From NCBI RefSeq assembly GCF_023055435.1, contig NW_025964383.1, forward strand, positions 17,546,001 to 17,610,000: a stretch of DNA of 64,000 nt, given 5' to 3'. This document shows positions 62,101 to 64,000 of the stretch, one piece after another. The stretch is from Haliotis rufescens. Lineage: Eukaryota. The position numbers were made by a program, and so were the translations under genes. Each line of letters starts with the position of its first letter. Position 1 is the first letter of the stretch. The notes under the pieces were generated by a model. It worked only from the letters and a program-made list of their open reading frames with translations. It was not told the origin of the DNA and did not search any database.

Positions 62101-63562
62101 ATCAGTTTTACTGAAACCTAAGTCTTTAATTGAAATACGTACGTGTTGATTTCTTTAGAAAGATAGTTTCAAATTCTTTTTAAATATCATCACGACTGTC
62201 AAATATAGGTTTGTCATTACTCTATTATGTGATATAAATTATCAAAAAGCGTTTCAAATATCTGCATGTTGCTGTAGTTATTTACCTCCAAGATGCCAAT
62301 TTTTAGTTTTCTTCCGTTCAACATGTATGCCGTATTGGGGAAAAGAGGAGAAATGAAGGCGGGGTATGTGCCCCCATTATTTGTTAAGTCACCGATTTGC
62401 GACCATTTCCGGCTGTTGGACTTCCACAAGAGAGTGCTGATTTTCACATCTGAGCGACCAGATATGTTCTTTTCCTAAAAACGATTGAAACAAACCACTT
62501 TAGGAGCTACACTTATATTCAGTGTAATAATCATATTGAGTCAATACTGACAATGGTTTCAAACATTTTGGACACGTTGGGTGTCAGTTGATTTTAACGT
62601 CTCAACGGATATATGCTGTTGCTGATTACCTTGACTGCTACCGCTATGTTGTCCAGATCAGCATATACTTCTGTTAATGGCGGGTCCACATTCAGGAAGA
62701 ACCATTTCGAAAAATGACGTAGCAGTGTTCCTTGTCCGCTTTCCTTGTCTTTTTTGGAGGACTTTTGAAGATAGAACAAATCATTAATAAACATTATGAT
62801 AACGTTGGTACGTTGGGATGGAAAGACAAGCTTTACTTAGAAACGGTCAAACCTATATGAAATGAATATCTCAGATATGTGTTCCTTGTCCGCATTCCTT
62901 GTCTTTTCTCGAAGACTTTCGCAGATACAACAAATCATTAATACACATGATGATAGCGTTTTGTATGTTGTGATAAAAAAACAAGCTTTCCTTAGAAATA
63001 GCCTGTTGAACTCACAGGTGAAACCAGTATTTCTACCAAACGAATATCTGAAATACGTGTATTAGGTTTGTAAAACGTACGATATGTGTGATGCGTGGCA
63101 AGCAGTTGTTGATACCATCACAAAAGACGACAAAGTTGAATAATTTGCGATAAATGTTGATTTTGTTCTTCGGGAGAGTTTCCTCAATCACGTCGGTCAG
63201 ACTCTGTTCAAAGGCATGCACATGGATGAACAGTGCAGTCACACCATGCTGTGTAGTCCAGTCTTCAATAGTGTCATATATGTTTCTTCCTGTTTAGAAA
63301 TGAAAACGTGAAATAATATCAGGAACACTATAAGATGTCGAGTAGGCAAATTTGTCTTGATTGTGAACGCAAAAAAACATAATCACAGACCACAGATTCA
63401 ACGATGTCTGGCAAATACATTCCTTGAATTTGAAGAAGTAAAGGAAGATTTACTTACCTATTGATGAATGACTAACAAAAATCAAAGATGAACCCGGATG
63501 GAGAGACATCTTGCTTAATAGGTGATGTAGTTCATTTTTTCCAAGTATTATTCTGGAAGGTG
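59116..63562 (-). CDS. Divergent ionotropic receptor D (exons 2-11; exon 1 beyond the window end)
   Basis: Exons 63562..63458, 63289..63081, 62761..62630, 62474..62286, 61971..61865, 61630..61546, 61449..61125, 60598..60381, 60102..59837, 59323..59116; GT-AG, in frame, same phases as B and C. Confidence 0.88.
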
Positions 63563-64000
63563 CTGTTTAATAAATTTTAAGATGAAATCCATTACGCACA
63601 TTTGTACCTTGAAATATGTAATCACAATGTATACATCTAGTGAAAATGAGTGAGTGAATTGGATTTTACACCGCTTTTAGCTTTCTCCCAGCAAAAGCAG
63701 AGTGGATGTATTTAGCGTGAATATCATAAGGGTAGTCATATCCGTATTAACAAACTTGAAAGTGCCAAATGTAGGAACCAACGAATGTACACTCAAGAAT
63801 CGTATCTATGTTTTCTATTATTAATGATACATATCACATAGTTTCTCTGTCTACCATGTTCCCAGACACATCCCTCGCGGCATGTTGTACATTGCAGATA
63901 ATGGTTTGATTTACACGATTACTCATATAGAAAACATGCACTTACTAAGATTATAACTACATGTATATTTCAAATGTGCGGGAAGCGTCACGACGAAGGC

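Overview
Eukaryotic (animal, very likely molluscan; the SINE repertoire suggests a gastropod such as abalone, which is an inference) AT-rich genomic window. Its core is a cluster of four divergent ionotropic receptor (IR, variant iGluR) genes sharing an 11-exon structure: A (+, last 3 exons only), B (+, complete, 644 aa), C (-, complete, 644 aa) and D (-, exon 1 outside the window). The rest is a dense transposon landscape. There is a 2.75-kb palindromic Penelope-like element (PLE; RT + GIY-YIG) with two minimal hammerhead ribozymes, a second PLE family whose ~82-bp hammerhead-bearing unit forms a tandem-plus-inverted array in an IR intron, Tc1 remnants, MITEs, RTEX-like LINE remnants and four SINE families sharing one 3' tail. 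A 5.5-kb array of 93-bp units has a single-copy counterpart at the paralogous position next to gene C. The most notable observations are (i) intronic, self-complementary hammerhead cassettes in two IR paralogs, including a U3-A8 core variant; (ii) paralog divergence concentrated at S2 ligand-pocket and pore-tip positions; (iii) a duplicated intron creating a 13-nt micro-exon in C and a chimeric junction in D; (iv) a satellite whose origin can be traced within the window. Family assignments rest on motif recognition by eye, not on database searches.
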